Assembly (NCBI GenBank): GCA_963847185.1
Contig: CAWJYV010000008.1
Location: forward strand, 960,001-1,024,000
Direction: 5' to 3'
DNA from: an uncultured Methanosarcinaceae archaeon
GTDB taxonomy: Archaea; Halobacteriota; Methanosarcinia; Methanosarcinales; Methanosarcinaceae
Length of the DNA stretch: 64,000 nucleotides
Positions 61,298 through 64,000 of this stretch are shown in pieces (the stretch's first letter is position 1; each line of letters starts with the position of its first letter). Both the position numbers and the translations under genes were made by a program. Under the pieces are notes generated by a model. That model was not told the DNA's origin, did no database searches, and worked only from the letters and a program-made list of their open reading frames with translations.

Positions 61298-64000
61298 TGC
61301 CCTCCATATCGACGGGTTTGGAAAATTTTCCGGGCTGTCCATAGAAGACCTGCCATCCGGCCTTGTCGTTTATAAAGGGGCAAACGAAGCCGGGAAATCC
61401 ACATTGTTTACTTTCATCAGGCGAATGTTTTTTGGAATCCCTAATAATAGGTCCTGCAACCTTTACCTCCCACTGGAAGGAGGACAACATGGGGGAAGAC
61501 TGATTGTCAACAATTCTTACGGGGAGCGCTGCGTAATAGAAAGAAATACCAGCAGAAAAGACGAGGTAAAAGTCAGACTTCCTGATGGAACTGAAGGAGG
61601 AAGAATCGAGCTCCTGAAACTCCTTGATCATGCCGATAGAAGTGTTTTCGAAAATATCTATGCATTTGGCCTGGAAGAATTGCAGAGTTTTGAAACCCTG
61701 AATGACCAGAGTATTAACAGTAAACTCTACTGTGCAGGCACAGGAATTGGAGTTTCCATTTCCGAAGTTCTGGACTCGATCAGTAGTAGAGAAAGTAACC
61801 TGTACAAACTAAAGGGAAGCAAACCCAGGATAAATGAGCTGTTCAGAGAAATTGGGGAAATCCAGAAAAAAATTACCGAAATTGAAGAAGTCCAGAAAAA
61901 ATACGATTCACTTCATTTTGAACTTGAACAGAAATCAAGACTTATTGAGGAGTTAAAAGGAAAATCCCAGAAGGTTAAAAGAAAGTCGGATCATATCCAG
62001 AGCTTATTTTCGGTGTGGGAAAATTGGAGGGCCTTACAGGAATCAGGAACCTCTCTGAGAGAGCTACCTGAGCTTAAGAGTTTTCCTGAAAAAGGGGAAG
62101 AAACTGTTTTAAAGCTTCAGGAAAAGCTCAAAGAGCTCAAAGAAGCTATTTCAGACCTTCAGCAGGAACTCGAGAAAAACGGTATAAGACAAAGGGACAT
62201 CCAGATTGATGAAAAGCTGCTTGGGAAAAAAAATGAAATACTGGAACTGGCAGGCGGGGTTGAGAAATACAGATCAGAATGTAAAACGTTTCCTGTGCTG
62301 GAAATAAACCTCAAGGAGGAAAAAGCTGAATTTTCAGAACGCCTTCTGGAATTGGGCCCTTCCTGGAATGAAAACATACTGAACAATTTTGACCGCTCTA
62401 TCCCAGCAAAAGAAGCCATAATCCAGATGCAAAAGGCTATTGAGAATGCTGAAAGCGAAATCAAAGAGAAAAGATCTGAACTGGTGCAGGTCCTGAGAAG
62501 CCTCGAAAAGTGCCTTAAGGAAAACAATGGATTTGACGAAAGGTTCCTGATGCATAAGGATATAATTGCAGAACTTGGAAACGGTATTGCAAAATACCGA
62601 GCCGACAGGGATTTCCTCCTATCCGGAGAACAGGAACTTAATGCTAAGAGGATCGAATTCCATGAAATAATAAGCGGATTGGGTAGTGGCTGGGATGAAG
62701 AGACCTTAAATCTTTTTGATCATTCGATTTCTACAAGAGAAAATATAGTCCAGAAGCGGAAGGAAATAGAAGATTCTGCAAGAATTATTGAGAGAATCCG
62801 GGATCGGATGGAAGAAGCCGTTAAAGAAATTGACGAACTGCGCGAAGAAATAGAGTCTCTGGAAGAGAAACTGAATTCGCATTCAATCCTTCCGAGTTAT
62901 GAAAAAATAAAGCAAGAACTTGAAGCAGTGAGTTACCTCAGGGCAAAATATCCATTGCTTAAGGAAAAAGAAGCTGAACTCAAGAATCTCGAAAAAGACC
63001 TGGAAAAAGATGCACGTCTCTTTGCAACACTCAGGCCCGGTAATGTCACCGGAAGTGAAGGAAAACTCCCCCTATGGCCTGCAGGGATGATTCTGGTCTC
63101 AGGAGGCATCGGTTTAGTTTATGAGTACATGAATGATTCTCTGCTTCCAGGAGTTGTCATATTCCTGCTTCTTTTTGCAACTTCTGTTGCATATGTTTTG
63201 ACAGTCACGAAAAAATCTCCAGTTTCTTCTTCCCTCTCTTCTCCTCTCCCGGCACAGCAAGAGGAAAGTGTAGCAGAAAATAGAAGAGCGCAGGGTCTGA
63301 AAGAGCAGCTTTCTAAGGAGCTTATATTCCTGAAAGACAGTATGAAAATAAAAGCAAAAAGATGCGGCTTTGAAGAAATTCCTGATCCTTCTGTGCTGGA
63401 GAGGAAAGCTGATGAGCTGCAAAATACAAAGGAAGAATTAAGAGCTGCCAGTGAATTGAGGCTGCAGCAGGAGAGGCTCCAGAAGAAACTGGACAGGTTG
63501 AATTCCAGTTACTTCTCTCTTGAGAATACCCTGAATGCCGAGAAAAGAAAGGAAGAAGAAAAATTTCAGGGATGGAGACAGCAGCTTGTTTCCTTTGGAC
63601 TTAATCCTGCACTCTCTACCGAGAATGTGCTTGAGATTTTCTCCTCTATCAGGACATGCCTGGAAAAACAGAAGACTATTAAAGAGCTTGAAAAGCAGGT
63701 AAAGCTCAAAGAAGAAGCTGTTGCGAAGTATGAAAAGGAATCACAGGATGTCCTGAAAGCCTGTGGAAAGCCAGTTATGGGAGCAGGCTTAGAAAATGAA
63801 ATAGCAAAGCTCAGAGAAGAAGTGAATATTGCATTTAACCAGGCTGAGAGAGGGAAAAAACTTGAAGCTGAGGCCGAAGTCCTGAAGAAGAAAAAAGAGG
63901 AACTCGAAGACCAGCTTCTGCAAGAAGAGAAGGAAAGAGCCGAGCTTTCCAATAACTGGAGCAAGTGGCTTGTATCCTGTGGACTTGACCCCTCACTTTC
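61287..64000 (+). CDS. YhaN-like SMC/Rad50-type coiled-coil ATPase (AAA_27), runs off the window end; absent from the ORF track
   Basis: GGAGG RBS; MKINALHIDGFGKF...GANEAGKST Walker A; long coiled coil with a hydrophobic segment near 63070-63200; overlaps the nuclease stop. Confidence 0.9.
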   Translation, partial: MKINALHIDGFGKFSGLSIEDLPSGLVVYKGANEAGKSTLFTFIRRMFFGIPNNRSCNLYLPLEGGQHGGRLIVNNSYGERCVIERNTSRKDEVKVRLPDGTEGGRIELLKLLDHADRSVFENIYAFGLEELQSFETLNDQSINSKLYCAGTGIGVSISEVLDSISSRESNLYKLKGSKPRINELFREIGEIQKKITEIEEVQKKYDSLHFELEQKSRLIEELKGKSQKVKRKSDHIQSLFSVWENWRALQESGTSLRELPELKSFPEKGEETVLKLQEKLKELKEAISDLQQELEKNGIRQRDIQIDEKLLGKKNEILELAGGVEKYRSECKTFPVLEINLKEEKAEFSERLLELGPSWNENILNNFDRSIPAKEAIIQMQKAIENAESEIKEKRSELVQVLRSLEKCLKENNGFDERFLMHKDIIAELGNGIAKYRADRDFLLSGEQELNAKRIEFHEIISGLGSGWDEETLNLFDHSISTRENIVQKRKEIEDSARIIERIRDRMEEAVKEIDELREEIESLEEKLNSHSILPSYEKIKQELEAVSYLRAKYPLLKEKEAELKNLEKDLEKDARLFATLRPGNVTGSEGKLPLWPAGMILVSGGIGLVYEYMNDSLLPGVVIFLLLFATSVAYVLTVTKKSPVSSSLSSPLPAQQEESVAENRRAQGLKEQLSKELIFLKDSMKIKAKRCGFEEIPDPSVLERKADELQNTKEELRAASELRLQQERLQKKLDRLNSSYFSLENTLNAEKRKEEEKFQGWRQQLVSFGLNPALSTENVLEIFSSIRTCLEKQKTIKELEKQVKLKEEAVAKYEKESQDVLKACGKPVMGAGLENEIAKLREEVNIAFNQAERGKKLEAEAEVLKKKKEELEDQLLQEEKERAELSNNWSKWLVSCGLDPSL

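Noticed and set aside
61197-63964. Several minus-strand ORFs
   Set aside because: Antisense shadows of the long YhaN-like ATPase gene

Overview
Core-genome region of a methanogenic archaeon, almost certainly Methanosarcina. The evidence is the mtxXAH operon, two DUF1699 paralogs, archaeal ribC/ribH/ribL, an MA1821/MA1822-type homocysteine pair, RPA, RFC-L and Cdc48. Housekeeping blocks (dys, rpa, glmU-glmS-glmM-glmU, ilvD, mtxXAH, rfcL, cdc48, rib, YhaO/YhaN-like nuclease-ATPase) alternate with AT-rich accessory stretches. Those stretches hold frameshifted secreted or lipoprotein genes with tandem repeats, a tRNA-Val with a probable split-integrase relic, an internally deleted IS200/IS605-type element and hairpin-rich repeats. 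The most notable unexplained signal is a family of probable small non-coding RNA genes: three tandem copies at 37.4-38.1 kb and a diverged copy at 29.8 kb. Each has its own TATA box, a conserved GTGA(G/A)CGG...CCG(C/T)TCAC closing stem and a variable C-rich (CCCCAA-type) or CA-rich loop. All assignments come from reading the sequence and recalling protein families; no searches were run.
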